From: Escherichia phage ECML-183-2
Sequence record: OL631481.1
Strand: one strand, 5' to 3'
Length of the DNA: 64,000 nucleotides
Of the stretch, positions 51,846 to 61,221 are shown piece by piece. The notes under the pieces are model-generated. The model had not been told where the DNA came from, did no database searches, and saw only the letters and a list, made by a program, of their open reading frames with translations. The stretch's first letter is position 1. Every line of letters begins with the position of its first letter. The translations under genes were made by a program, and so were the position numbers.

Positions 51846-52183
51846 TACATACTCCCGTATTCTGGTTCAATATTATGTTTACGACAAATGGTATCCCAAC
51901 GTTCATTACCAAAACTTCTTCCATGTAGAGCGTTAAATGCGAAATGCTCTGCCAACCACAATACTACATCATCAGGATCTGTGTCAAGAGGAATTCTAAA
52001 CTCTCGATCATAACGCATACGCAGAATAAAATCCTTATCATCTTCAAGGAGATACATGTGACTTTTAGCCCGTGATGCCAAATCAAAGAAAGGAGGCTCG
52101 TCTTTCCAAACGTGACGCTCAACTTCAACACCATGATCAACTACCAGAGTAGCGATCACCTCTCTCATTTCTTTACTAAACAT
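51845..52183 (-). CDS. hypothetical protein (112 aa)
   Basis: Track ORF (TTG) trimmed to ATG with GGAGG RBS. Confidence 0.5.
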   Translation of the reverse strand: MFSKEMREVIATLVVDHGVEVERHVWKDEPPFFDLASRAKSHMYLLEDDKDFILRMRYDREFRIPLDTDPDDVVLWLAEHFAFNALHGRSFGNERWDTICRKHNIEPEYGSM

Positions 52184-52193
52184 ATTACCTCCA

Positions 52194-52370
52194 TTAACCA
52201 ATTAGTTCAACCGATTTGCAAATGTAGATCCAAACTGGAGTGAGCATAAGAGTTATACCGAATGCACAATTCCACTTAATTCCCATTTCCTCTATTAGAG
52301 ACATGATTAAGCCAACAGCACTAATAATCAGATAAATCCCTAAGAAAGCCATTGTGAAGAATTCAGACAT
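52194..52370 (-). CDS. small membrane protein (58 aa)
   Basis: Track ORF trimmed to ATG; hydrophobic. Confidence 0.45.
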   Translation of the reverse strand: MSEFFTMAFLGIYLIISAVGLIMSLIEEMGIKWNCAFGITLMLTPVWIYICKSVELIG

Positions 52371-52372
52371 AT

Positions 52373-52729
52373 TTAGCTCCAAAGATTATCAAAATAACTA
52401 GCGAATAAAAGACGGCCCTCTAACCGTGCCTTCCTTTGATCTTCAGCATACACGATTTCTGGATTACCACTATCAATAAAAGCATTCTCCATCTTTTCTA
52501 AAATATTTAACCACTCTCTTCTACCTGTCTCCTCTTCTTCATCTGTATACGGCGCACTTCTATTTGGATACAAAACACGCATCAGTTTAGTGGGGATCAT
52601 GACAAACGTGCTATTGTTTGTCTTCTCACGGAAGGCTTTAATTCCTGCATAGATTACCTTCCCCAAAGCTGCATCCAAATCCATCAGGTCACTTTCTTCT
52701 ATTTGAATTTCATCGTGTACAATTTTCAT
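52373..52729 (-). CDS. hypothetical protein (118 aa)
   Basis: ORF track. Confidence 0.5.
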   Translation of the reverse strand: MKIVHDEIQIEESDLMDLDAALGKVIYAGIKAFREKTNNSTFVMIPTKLMRVLYPNRSAPYTDEEEETGRREWLNILEKMENAFIDSGNPEIVYAEDQRKARLEGRLLFASYFDNLWS

Positions 52730-53013
52730 CGTGCCTTCTCCCGATCTGCATCTAATTTCAACAAGAAAGCTGTATACTCTTCCGAACCTTGGTGTAAAAA
52801 CATGTGATAAGAGCTTACCAGTTTCTTCGTTGTCGTATAACGTTCCATTTCCCCAACAACACCTCCACCTAGTGTGTAGAGCACAATACCTTCAACTCCA
52901 ACATGGGTTACTACTTCAACCAAATCTCTGTTATCCCAATAGTAGTTAGGTGACACAATAAGATCTCCCACTGCCAGTTTAATGTTTGCTACTTCGTCTT
53001 GTGAATAGTACAT
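52726..53013 (-). CDS. hypothetical protein (95 aa)
   Basis: ORF track. Confidence 0.5.
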   Translation of the reverse strand: MYYSQDEVANIKLAVGDLIVSPNYYWDNRDLVEVVTHVGVEGIVLYTLGGGVVGEMERYTTTKKLVSSYHMFLHQGSEEYTAFLLKLDADREKAR

Positions 53014-53025
53014 TTTGTTCTCCTC

Positions 53026-53319
53026 TCACATTAAGACACGTTTTGTATCGATGGGTGCATTATCAAACATGTTAAGAACATTGTCAAGCAGTTTTACTAA
53101 TTCATTTGTAATTTGTTCTTTTGAACGGGAGGAAGTGAGCACTTTGCTTTCACCAATGATATGCATAACTTTTATAGGGGCATCTAAAATAATGTTGTGT
53201 TGACGATCCTCTTCAAAAGAAGCCAACCATTTCTCATTGTTACCGTGCAAGGCTACAATCACACCAAAACCGTTAATTGTTTCAGAAATATTCTTAGTTG
53301 CTAAAGTAATGTTCATCAT
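53026..53319 (-). CDS. hypothetical protein (97 aa), first gene of minus block
   Basis: ORF track; divergent promoter region upstream. Confidence 0.5.
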   Translation of the reverse strand: MMNITLATKNISETINGFGVIVALHGNNEKWLASFEEDRQHNIILDAPIKVMHIIGESKVLTSSRSKEQITNELVKLLDNVLNMFDNAPIDTKRVLM

Positions 53320-53342
53320 CTACCTCTCTTGTTAATGTTCAT

Positions 53343-53370
53343 ACATGATACCTGAAAATAATTTCAGATC
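53343..53370 (-). promoter_or_regulatory. sigma70-type promoter (leftward)
   Basis: rc reads TTGATC-16-TATCAT. Confidence 0.4.
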
Positions 53371-53373
53371 AAG

Positions 53374-53401
53374 TATTGACATACTTTTTAATCTTGTTAA
53401 G
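53374..53401 (+). promoter_or_regulatory. sigma70-type promoter (rightward)
   Basis: TTGACA-16-TAAGAT about 30 bp upstream of 53434. Confidence 0.45.
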
Positions 53402-53433
53402 ATCAACTCCTACCAAACAAAAGGAGAAAACAA

Positions 53434-53877
53434 ATGCAAAACATCCAAAACATCAAACTGACTTGGCCCGAAGCTAAAGAAGCAATGAAGGAAGGTAGAC
53501 GTGTTGAGCACCGCCATTTTTGTGGTGGCGAATGGTTTGAGATGCGAGATGGTGTTATTCTCGACGAACAAGGTTATAACATGGAAACTTGGTTCAGAGG
53601 GGAAGCTTGGCAGGAAGAGGGTTGGTCTGTAATTGAAAAAGAAGACAGTAAGGAAGAAGGCGTGTTGTCTAATGTAGAACGCGAGATGAGGGAAACAAAG
53701 ATACCTGCTTTGGATTTTGTATACCTGGAAGAACTTGTGGCAGCATCTTTTGTAGCAGGAAACCTTTGGAATACACCTGTTAGCCGACTGGAGAACCAAA
53801 ATAACCCGTCTACTCGTAATCACAAGCTTTATAAGGGTAAAGGTCACAACAAATTAAAGAAAGGAAAGAAGAAATGA
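53434..53877 (+). CDS. DUF2829-like protein (Tad2-like candidate) with Lys-rich C-terminal tail
   Basis: N-terminal ~65 aa W.EAKEAMKEGRRV ... GEAWQEEGWSVIE resembles DUF2829 pattern; remainder unassigned. Confidence 0.4.
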   Translation: MQNIQNIKLTWPEAKEAMKEGRRVEHRHFCGGEWFEMRDGVILDEQGYNMETWFRGEAWQEEGWSVIEKEDSKEEGVLSNVEREMRETKIPALDFVYLEELVAASFVAGNLWNTPVSRLENQNNPSTRNHKLYKGKGHNKLKKGKKK

Positions 53878-54020
53878 TCTACAAAAACAAGTTCACTGGT
53901 TGTCTTCGTAAATTTATCGATAAGAAAGGGTATGTTTCTCTTGACAACGGGGCTACATGGATAGAGAATGGCGCTTCAGAACAATTGATTAAAGCTTTGC
54001 CTTACTACGAGGAGGTTTAA
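53874..54020 (+). CDS. hypothetical small protein (48 aa)
   Basis: Not in ORF track; ATGA overlap with upstream stop; hand-derived. Confidence 0.35.
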   Translation: MIYKNKFTGCLRKFIDKKGYVSLDNGATWIENGASEQLIKALPYYEEV

Positions 54021-54344
54021 ATGTCAAACAGTCTGTTTAGCGTGTCAATTGCACCACGTGTCAATATCCGTTGTCAGTTTGTTACTTTACCTGGTGTAAC
54101 GCATATCACATTAGAATACGATCCTCGCTCACGAGACAACCCAATCACAGGGAAAATTGATTGTGCTTATGGAGACTTTGTTATGGATCACCAAACCCTC
54201 TTATGCTGTGTGCAACGCTTACAGGCAGGATCTTTATACATCTTTAAGAAAACAGTGTTCCAAGAGATTGCTCAAGCAGTTGAAAGCGGTATGGAGACTC
54301 TTAACGTTATGATTGAAGCAGCCAACAAGAAGGAGGTTTTATGA
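54021..54344 (+). CDS. hypothetical protein (107 aa)
   Basis: ORF track; GAGGAGG RBS. Confidence 0.5.
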   Translation: MSNSLFSVSIAPRVNIRCQFVTLPGVTHITLEYDPRSRDNPITGKIDCAYGDFVMDHQTLLCCVQRLQAGSLYIFKKTVFQEIAQAVESGMETLNVMIEAANKKEVL

Positions 54345-54601
54345 CACTTTATCACGTAACTACAGAAGGCGACTGTGAAGGCCGCACTACAAAAGATTTG
54401 GGGTATGTTGAAGCAGATTCACCTGAACATGCTATCAAATACCTGCATTCCATCGGGAAGTATGCGGGTTATGAGTATACTATCTACGAGGTTGAAATTA
54501 TTAACCTTATACAAGTGGCAACTCCTATGGCAGAGTTGAAACATCTTAAGGCAAAAGTAAGACCTGGTATAGTGTCCGATTACAAAGGGGAAGTAAAGTG
54601 A
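54341..54601 (+). CDS. hypothetical protein (86 aa)
   Basis: ORF track; AAGGAGG RBS. Confidence 0.5.
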   Translation: MTLYHVTTEGDCEGRTTKDLGYVEADSPEHAIKYLHSIGKYAGYEYTIYEVEIINLIQVATPMAELKHLKAKVRPGIVSDYKGEVK

Positions 54602-54810
54602 GTGGATGGATTAAAGTATCTGGTACCGAGGATGTTCCTATCGGAGAGTGGCTTGTAATCATGGCAAACGGCAAGAAGGGATTCTGTGAAGTTAACAAAA
54701 CACGCAATGGCACGATAGCTGTTATCAATGGTCATTTTTATTTTGACTTGGCACCTGTGATCGCATACCATGCACTACCAACATATGAAGAGGAGATTAA
54801 CAATGGCTAA
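54598..54810 (+). CDS. hypothetical protein (70 aa)
   Basis: ORF track. Confidence 0.5.
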   Translation: MSGWIKVSGTEDVPIGEWLVIMANGKKGFCEVNKTRNGTIAVINGHFYFDLAPVIAYHALPTYEEEINNG

Positions 54811-55120
54811 CAAAGAACCACATGTATATACTGCACTGGTAAAGCACTTGAACAAAGAACGTAACAGGATCATTGCAGATTATCGTAAATTTAAACGTAG
54901 TAGTCTAAATCGTAAATACATGCCACATGCAGCTTTTGACGCTACACGTGCAGTATTTCGTGCAAAGATTGCGGAAATGGATAATCTGCTTAAGCTTGCA
55001 CGATTATCTATTCATGCATCCAAAGTAACAGGAGTCACTCACTTCTTTGACTTCGATACTAAAGCACTATATGCACCAGAAGCAGGTGAACAATTGATTT
55101 ATCTACTTACCAAAAAATAA
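54803..55120 (+). CDS. hypothetical protein (105 aa)
   Basis: Track ORF trimmed to ATG overlapping upstream stop. Confidence 0.5.
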   Translation: MANKEPHVYTALVKHLNKERNRIIADYRKFKRSSLNRKYMPHAAFDATRAVFRAKIAEMDNLLKLARLSIHASKVTGVTHFFDFDTKALYAPEAGEQLIYLLTKK

Positions 55121-55123
55121 GTG

Positions 55124-55152
55124 TTGACTTTTTTCAAAAAATATGCTACCCT
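55124..55152 (+). promoter_or_regulatory. extended -10 promoter-like element (copy B of repeated unit)
   Basis: TTGACT-N14-TGc-TACCCT then GAGCGATAGCGAGTA at 55167-55181; long structured leader before 55297. Confidence 0.45.
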
Positions 55153-55296
55153 AACCCCGAAGGGTCGAGCGATAGCGAGTATAGATTATGTAATAGATTA
55201 ATCTCTATCGTTAGATGTTCGAAGAACAGAGATTTAAGTACTTGTTCTTATCGGTAGATGATCGTAAGATCAAGAACAATAATAGGAGAGTGTGTT

Positions 55297-55494
55297 ATGT
55301 TAGTCAGTGAAATACTACCTGACTCTAATGGTAATCAGATCACTGTTGATTGGTTTCCTGGTACTGGTACACTAGATCTAACTGCTGAATGGTCTGGTGA
55401 TATTTATGGAGAAGGTGTATTATCATTGTCTACAGAACAAATGATCATCCTTCGTGACTTCTTAATTAGTTTAGATCTAGGAGAAAACAAATGA
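55297..55494 (+). CDS. hypothetical protein (65 aa)
   Basis: Track ORF trimmed to ATG with AGGAGAG RBS. Confidence 0.45.
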   Translation: MLVSEILPDSNGNQITVDWFPGTGTLDLTAEWSGDIYGEGVLSLSTEQMIILRDFLISLDLGENK

Positions 55495-55760
55495 GTAAAA
55501 CTTCTGTTGAGTTTATCGAGAAATCCCCTGTTCCAAAGTTATACCGTTTATCTGAAATTGAACCTATGTCTGTTTTCTACTATTACATTGCAGAAGTAGA
55601 TGAACAAGAACGGGAATACTATTTGGCTACAGATACAGGTGCAGTGTGCTTAACAGGTTCTCGTGCAGGAGAATACATTGTGAATAGTCGTTTTAATGAA
55701 GCAGACTCCTGTTGGGCTAAGGTTGAAACTAAGATTGTCATCAACATCACCAATCATTAA
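55491..55760 (+). CDS. hypothetical protein (89 aa)
   Basis: ORF track. Confidence 0.5.
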   Translation: MSKTSVEFIEKSPVPKLYRLSEIEPMSVFYYYIAEVDEQEREYYLATDTGAVCLTGSRAGEYIVNSRFNEADSCWAKVETKIVINITNH

Positions 55761-55842
55761 GACTAATCTGACAAAGAGTTACTTGACATGTGCAAAGCTC
55801 TTTGTGTAGAATAAAGATTCACTTACTAAGGAGATTTTATAA

Positions 55843-56040
55843 ATGGCTACAAAGAAACAGAAAATGAAATGTCTTACTCTCACTGAACTGGGTCAAGCTT
55901 CCAACTGCGTTACTGTTGGTAAGATTTATTCTACAGTTCTTGATAAAGACAACAACAGTTTTACTTTCAAAGATGATAACGGAAACCCTCAAGTTGGAAT
56001 CTACCCTTCCTGTGCTTTTGGTACTTGGGAAAAAGTTTAA
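55843..56040 (+). CDS. hypothetical protein (65 aa)
   Basis: ORF track; AAGGAG RBS. Confidence 0.45.
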   Translation: MATKKQKMKCLTLTELGQASNCVTVGKIYSTVLDKDNNSFTFKDDNGNPQVGIYPSCAFGTWEKV

Positions 56041-56058
56041 TTAACTGATCGGAGGGAG

Positions 56059-56233
56059 TATGCAAGACAAGAAAAACAATGTTCGTTATGCTTTGTACGG
56101 ACGTATGGGCGTAGACTGTGAATGGAGACTTCTGTTACAGCGTATTCCCTCTTATCAAGAAGCTATGACGAAGCGAGAACATTATAAGAAGACGTGGAGA
56201 CACGTTGTTTGCAAACATTACGAGGAGGCATGA
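56059..56233 (+). CDS. hypothetical small protein (57 aa)
   Basis: Not in ORF track; GGAGGGAG RBS; stop overlaps next start. Confidence 0.35.
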
Positions 56234-56541
56234 TGAGCACATTATCAACAGCAGTCAAGTTCCACCAGGATTATGAAGAAGCTGTCAAAGATGCTGACAA
56301 TCCTTCCTCATTAGTGTTTGAGGATCGTACAGGTTTGAAGTGGGTTAAATCTTTCGATGAGATCTATTTCTGGTATCCGCAGGGAGCCACAAGCGATAGT
56401 TCTCTGTATAGCTACGAACTGGAATACCGTGGCCCTGTAGACGAAGATGAAAACTTTATCATGTATTTCGTAAATAATGGTTGCGGTGAAACGTTTAATG
56501 TTGTATTCTCTAAAGCAGATGAGTCTGACGAGGAGGTGTAA
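56230..56541 (+). CDS. hypothetical protein (103 aa), tandem paralog 1
   Basis: Trimmed to ATG with GAGGAGG RBS; shares FIMYFVNNGCGETFNVVF with next gene. Confidence 0.5.
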   Translation: MMSTLSTAVKFHQDYEEAVKDADNPSSLVFEDRTGLKWVKSFDEIYFWYPQGATSDSSLYSYELEYRGPVDEDENFIMYFVNNGCGETFNVVFSKADESDEEV

Positions 56542-56846
56542 TGTTGTATAATCCGACTTTAAGCTTGGCAGTTGCAGCCCACATGCTGTACAATGATTCT
56601 GTGAAGGATGAGTTGTCGCCTGTGAGTTTAGCTTTCTATCTGATAGACAGGGATTGGATGTTCTCTGGTGAGGATGAAATCTACTACGTAAATTCACGAG
56701 GTTTTATTGAAAGTTTTGAACTTGAACATCGCGCACCAACAGCAGAAGATGATCGTTTTATTATGTTCTGTGTAAATGATGGTTACGGAGAGGTATATGA
56801 CGTAGTATTCTTCAAAAACCGACAGAAGACTGAAGAGGAATTCTAA
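56541..56846 (+). CDS. hypothetical protein (101 aa), tandem paralog 2
   Basis: FIMFCVNDGYGEVYDVVF matches upstream gene. Confidence 0.5.
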   Translation: MLYNPTLSLAVAAHMLYNDSVKDELSPVSLAFYLIDRDWMFSGEDEIYYVNSRGFIESFELEHRAPTAEDDRFIMFCVNDGYGEVYDVVFFKNRQKTEEEF

Positions 56847-57209
56847 ATGAAAAGGCTACTTTGTGTCCTGATGTTGATGATTGCCACCAATGCTACAGCC
56901 GCCCGTGATGGTTTCAAGATTGGGGTGGAAGGTAGCCAATTCTTCACTTGGTATGGTGGTGAAGCTGTCTACCAGGTGGATGATAAAAAGTATAACTGCA
57001 AGTTTGATCGTATAGATCGTGGAGTGGATAATTGGGGTGACGCTTACAAAGCCACAGGTTTCTATTGCACAAAAGATTTATATATTACAGTCAAAGAACC
57101 ACAAGACAATAGAAAGGTGTTGTTCATTGTGGTAAACCCTGCTAAATTTGAAGAACGTAAAGCTTACTATGCAGATATGTTCATTGAATACAAAAAGGAG
57201 GAAAAATGA
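56847..57209 (+). CDS. secreted protein with signal peptide (120 aa)
   Basis: MKRLLCVLMLMIATNATAA signal-peptide-like. Confidence 0.5.
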   Translation: MKRLLCVLMLMIATNATAARDGFKIGVEGSQFFTWYGGEAVYQVDDKKYNCKFDRIDRGVDNWGDAYKATGFYCTKDLYITVKEPQDNRKVLFIVVNPAKFEERKAYYADMFIEYKKEEK

Positions 57210-57568
57210 GAGAAACAATCGTAGATGTTGTTATTAATGGTCAACGTTATGTGCCTGTTGTAGAGAAAGCTGAACCAGACGCTTTAGATGTTGTTTTTGA
57301 AGACGATGATCTTGGAACTGTTACTGTGCGTGAATATTTCAGACGACTGCTCTCTACACTTTGGGAAGAAGAAGATAGTTTCAGTGGTAAACGTCCATTC
57401 GGTAACTCTTGCTGGCAGTTTGATTTGATTATCGGTTTGATCGATGCTGGTTATCTGGAGGGTAAAGTTTATCGTGATGAAGATGGTGGTATAGAAGATA
57501 CCGACTATGATCGTGAAGAAGCAGATAAACTCATCCAAGGTCTGATCGCACGTATGTGTTTAGGTTAA
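57206..57568 (+). CDS. hypothetical protein (120 aa)
   Basis: ORF track; AAGGAGG RBS. Confidence 0.5.
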   Translation: MRETIVDVVINGQRYVPVVEKAEPDALDVVFEDDDLGTVTVREYFRRLLSTLWEEEDSFSGKRPFGNSCWQFDLIIGLIDAGYLEGKVYRDEDGGIEDTDYDREEADKLIQGLIARMCLG

Positions 57569-57569
57569 T

Positions 57570-57938
57570 ATGAAGGTATTAAACTTTTACCATTTAGGCA
57601 AAACAATCCCAGAAGGTGCTGTTTATATTGGTAGAGCTATGCCTCACATGGGGCTAAAAGCCTCCAAGTTCGCAAATCCTTTTAAGTTAAAAGAGGATGA
57701 ACCACGAGGATCAACTATACAAAGGTATAAAGAGTGGTTGTGGGAGCAAATTCGTTGTGGTAAGATCACTCTTGAAGATTTATTAGAGTTAGAAGGGAAA
57801 GATTTAGTTTGCTTCTGCTCACCTCAACCTTGTCATGGAGATGTATTGGTAGCAGCCGTAGCTTGGGCTAGAAAAGAGTGGGACAAAAGGCATCCTACTT
57901 ATGTAGACAATTATTGGATTTGGGAGGAGAATTTTTGA
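57570..57938 (+). CDS. DUF4326-like protein
   Basis: VYIGR ... SKFANPF ... LVCFCSPQPCHGDVL pattern typical of DUF4326. Confidence 0.5.
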   Translation: MKVLNFYHLGKTIPEGAVYIGRAMPHMGLKASKFANPFKLKEDEPRGSTIQRYKEWLWEQIRCGKITLEDLLELEGKDLVCFCSPQPCHGDVLVAAVAWARKEWDKRHPTYVDNYWIWEENF

Positions 57939-58288
57939 AAAATATTATTGATGTAGATGTGTTTGGTATCACAACACTACAAGACAAACAAGCAACATTG
58001 TATTATCATAAAAAAGAGGACCAAGCTTACATCTACATCGGGGCAGAAAAGTTTGGTGTCGGAGATATGGTTTTAAATGTTGAAGGAGATCTTCCTTTAG
58101 AACAAAAGTTGAAAGTTTTTCGTTTCACAGGAGATGTTAAACTAGACGGCGTTATCGCAATCCTACAAGAAGACCATTATTATATGGTAACTTTCGTTAC
58201 TCCTGCTTTCTCTGGCCTTAATGGAGAAGACGCTCTTAATGATGTTATTATCTTAAAGATTGGTAATGCTCTAAACGATGTAAACTAA
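57935..58288 (+). CDS. hypothetical protein (about 117 aa, TTG start)
   Basis: Track ORF trimmed to TTG with GGAGGA RBS; TTGA overlap with upstream stop. Confidence 0.4.
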   Translation: MKNIIDVDVFGITTLQDKQATLYYHKKEDQAYIYIGAEKFGVGDMVLNVEGDLPLEQKLKVFRFTGDVKLDGVIAILQEDHYYMVTFVTPAFSGLNGEDALNDVIILKIGNALNDVN

Positions 58289-58301
58289 AGGGGGAGTGAG
58301 T

Positions 58302-58811
58302 ATGTTCTTTGATGCAAATTCTCTTTTTGTATCTACAGCAGGGCAGTCTGCTGTTAATGCAGAATTTGAGGAAAGAGAAGAATGGATTGATAATCACAAC
58401 TACGATCCAGGTAATTTAAACTGGTGCAGTTTGGATGTTGGTAATCTTAGTCGAGATAATGCACTTAGAGCATACTACTCTGTATATACTGTTGACAATC
58501 TTTATCAATACTACGTGTTTCGTAGTCTTATTGTTAATCTTAATTTAGCTGGACGTTTAAAGAACAATAAGGCATTCACATTGGGACATTATATTCCCTT
58601 CCGTAAAGGGGGTGTGCATTTTCCATGTAATTGGATCATTCAAACACGAAAAGAAAACAGTTTAGCAGGAGACACCATGCCAAGATTTAAAGATAAGTGG
58701 ACATGGGAAAAACAAATGGGATACATTAATGCACATTTGCCACCTAATCTAAAAGAACCTTACGCCAGCAGAGCTAAGGAAATGATGAGGATTGTCAAGA
58801 GTTTTTATTAA
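58302..58811 (+). CDS. hypothetical protein with HNH-nuclease-like motif
   Basis: GHYIPFRKGG ... N ... ENS segment resembles an HNH core; low certainty. Confidence 0.4.
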   Translation: MFFDANSLFVSTAGQSAVNAEFEEREEWIDNHNYDPGNLNWCSLDVGNLSRDNALRAYYSVYTVDNLYQYYVFRSLIVNLNLAGRLKNNKAFTLGHYIPFRKGGVHFPCNWIIQTRKENSLAGDTMPRFKDKWTWEKQMGYINAHLPPNLKEPYASRAKEMMRIVKSFY

Positions 58812-58825
58812 GAGAGGAGAAATAC

Positions 58826-60418
58826 GTGTCTACACAATTGAGTTTTACACCTACCGATGAACAATACGCTATTGAAAGTGGGTATCAAGAAAATCGTTTC
58901 GTTACAATTCAAGCTAAATCTGGATCAGGTAAAACGTCAACACTGTATATGTTGGCTAATGGCACAAATGATAGTATTCTATACTTGGCGTTTAACAAAA
59001 GTATGGCAGAGGAAGCTCGACGTAAAATGCCGCCTAATGTTATGTGCCGAACGCTACATTCAATCTGTTACCAGCGTCTTCCACAAAACCTTCGACACAA
59101 ATTGTCTCGTCCAGAAGGTCAATATGTTAACGTAGCTGGAACTGGTAGTGAGATTGCCAAAAAATTCAAGATTCAGAATTTGATTGATAAGAATGGTAAA
59201 GTGCTACTGACTCGTGCAATGATCGGGTTAATGGTAAAACAAACTTTAGCTAAATATGAGTTTTCTGACGATGAACATATTGGACATAAACATTTTCCTA
59301 AAGTGCATATGTCAGATCTTAAACGTAAGAACATCAACGAACAAAAACTTATTAATGAAGTTGTTAAATATGCGAAGCAACTTTGGCGTGAGCGTATTGA
59401 TCCTAAATCAGAAACCATTATGACTCATGACACCTATGTGAAACTCTTTGAATTGAGTAAAGAAGATTTAGGATACGATATTATTTTTGGAGATGAATTC
59501 CAGGATGTTAACCCTGCATTCCTGTCTATCCTTCGCAATGCTAAATCGGCTAAACGTATTGTTGTTGTGGGTGATGAATTTCAGAGTATTTATCAGTTCC
59601 GTGGAAGCCAGAACATGATGAAGCAAACGGCTACATATGGGGTTGAGTTGCCTCTGACAGCTTGTTTTCGCTTTGGTCCTAAAGTTGCGGACATTGCCAA
59701 TGCGATCCTTTCTGATCGCTCACCTCTGAAGCATCCGCTGGTAGGCAAAGGTTATGATACTGTCACTGGAAGTTTTCATTCTGATGTGGTAGATTATAGT
59801 AAACCTTACACCATTATTTTCCGTAAGAATTTGACCCTGTTGCTCGAAGCTATGGATCGAATCGCTAACGGAGAAGAGATTATTATTAACGTAGATACCA
59901 AAGATTTCATTTCTATGGTTGATAGTGTTAATGCTTTACGTAGAGGTGATTTGGACAAAGTTAAGCATGAGACAGTTCTACCTTACACTTCTTGGGAAGA
60001 ATTTGTAGAGTGTGCAGAATCAGATCCTGATGCAAAACGACTTTTAAACATTGTTGTTTCTGGTAAAGCTAATAATATTGCATACACTTTACGTATGCAC
60101 CGTAACTCTCCAACGGCTAAAGTTACTTTAACTACGGCCCATAAATCAAAAGGTTTGGAGTGGGATCAGGTTATTGTTGCAAATGACTTTCCTTCTAATT
60201 ATGATAAGAAGGGTGAGTGGGTAGGTCTTGAAGAATCAGAACGAAATCTTCTGTATGTTGCACATACACGTTGTATTAAATGTCTACAATGGAACCGGAC
60301 TGTTCAAGAGATTCTAGACATGCATCGTTTAGGTAAGAGCACGGCTCCTGTATCCGAAGAAGATAAACTTATAGCTGCCCTTGCTCGTAAGATTAATCAA
60401 ATCAGAGAGGATCGTTAA
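58826..60418 (+). CDS. UvrD/Rep-like superfamily 1 DNA helicase
   Basis: 530 aa; Walker A AKSGSGKTS, motif II FGDEFQDV, motif III VVGDEFQSIYQFRGS, motif V TAHKSKGLEWD, motif VI YVAHTR. Confidence 0.8.
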   Translation: MSTQLSFTPTDEQYAIESGYQENRFVTIQAKSGSGKTSTLYMLANGTNDSILYLAFNKSMAEEARRKMPPNVMCRTLHSICYQRLPQNLRHKLSRPEGQYVNVAGTGSEIAKKFKIQNLIDKNGKVLLTRAMIGLMVKQTLAKYEFSDDEHIGHKHFPKVHMSDLKRKNINEQKLINEVVKYAKQLWRERIDPKSETIMTHDTYVKLFELSKEDLGYDIIFGDEFQDVNPAFLSILRNAKSAKRIVVVGDEFQSIYQFRGSQNMMKQTATYGVELPLTACFRFGPKVADIANAILSDRSPLKHPLVGKGYDTVTGSFHSDVVDYSKPYTIIFRKNLTLLLEAMDRIANGEEIIINVDTKDFISMVDSVNALRRGDLDKVKHETVLPYTSWEEFVECAESDPDAKRLLNIVVSGKANNIAYTLRMHRNSPTAKVTLTTAHKSKGLEWDQVIVANDFPSNYDKKGEWVGLEESERNLLYVAHTRCIKCLQWNRTVQEILDMHRLGKSTAPVSEEDKLIAALARKINQIREDR

Positions 60419-60670
60419 ATGGCAGGGTATCACATAACAGACATTAAGAAACAACCTTATGGCAGCATAGAAAAGATTAAAGAGGAAGTAGAAGAACTTT
60501 TTGATGCTGTTGAACAGGATTGCAAAATAATGCAACTTGTTGAATTATCAGATATTATAGGGGCTGTTGAAGGAGTTTTAGAACAACAGTTCCCAGATAT
60601 GACTTTACAAGATTTAATCATTATGTCCGGCATTACTAAACGCGCTTTCCGCACAGGAGGAAGATCATGA
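60419..60670 (+). CDS. hypothetical protein (83 aa), possibly MazG-like all-alpha NTP pyrophosphohydrolase
   Basis: EEVEELFDAV ... ELSDIIGAVEGVL pattern; weak. Confidence 0.4.
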   Translation: MAGYHITDIKKQPYGSIEKIKEEVEELFDAVEQDCKIMQLVELSDIIGAVEGVLEQQFPDMTLQDLIIMSGITKRAFRTGGRS

Positions 60671-61221
60671 ACGTAGCTGTTATTGCTCAAGCTATTGATT
60701 ACTACGGGCGATTTGCGGAGATGTTGGAAGTCCCTTATCTTGTAGATGCGGATATCCTTGCATATACATTACCAGAAGGTAAAGAGGATCGCCCCTTGGG
60801 GCATCCTAATGGTAAGTTCTACGTAGCCAGTGCAGAGCAGTCTTTCCTCCAGATGGAGAAAGATGGGTTTGAATTTTCAACAGATCATCCTTATATGGCT
60901 CTAACACCTTGCTACCGAACAGAAGAAGAGTTGGATGATGCTCATTTTAACATTTTCTTAAAGTTGGAAATTATTGAGTTTTATCCAGGAGCGTCCGTCA
61001 AAGAATATGCCGAAACTATGCGCTATTTCTTTTGGACGTATTACAAAGTTCAAACTCAAATCATAGAGACAGATATTGGTCTTGACGTGGAAGATATGTA
61101 TGGGTTAGAATTAGGTTCGTTTGGGATGAGAACTTCTCCACAAGGTCATCCATATTTATACGCCACTGGTATCGCAGAGCCTAGGGCATCTATTGCAATA
61201 AAACGAGGAGGGTTATTATGA
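60667..61221 (+). CDS. hypothetical protein (184 aa)
   Basis: ORF track; CYRTEEELDDAHFNIFLKLE and GLELGSFGMR loosely resemble class II aaRS motifs 2/3, unverified. Confidence 0.5.
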   Translation: MNVAVIAQAIDYYGRFAEMLEVPYLVDADILAYTLPEGKEDRPLGHPNGKFYVASAEQSFLQMEKDGFEFSTDHPYMALTPCYRTEEELDDAHFNIFLKLEIIEFYPGASVKEYAETMRYFFWTYYKVQTQIIETDIGLDVEDMYGLELGSFGMRTSPQGHPYLYATGIAEPRASIAIKRGGLL

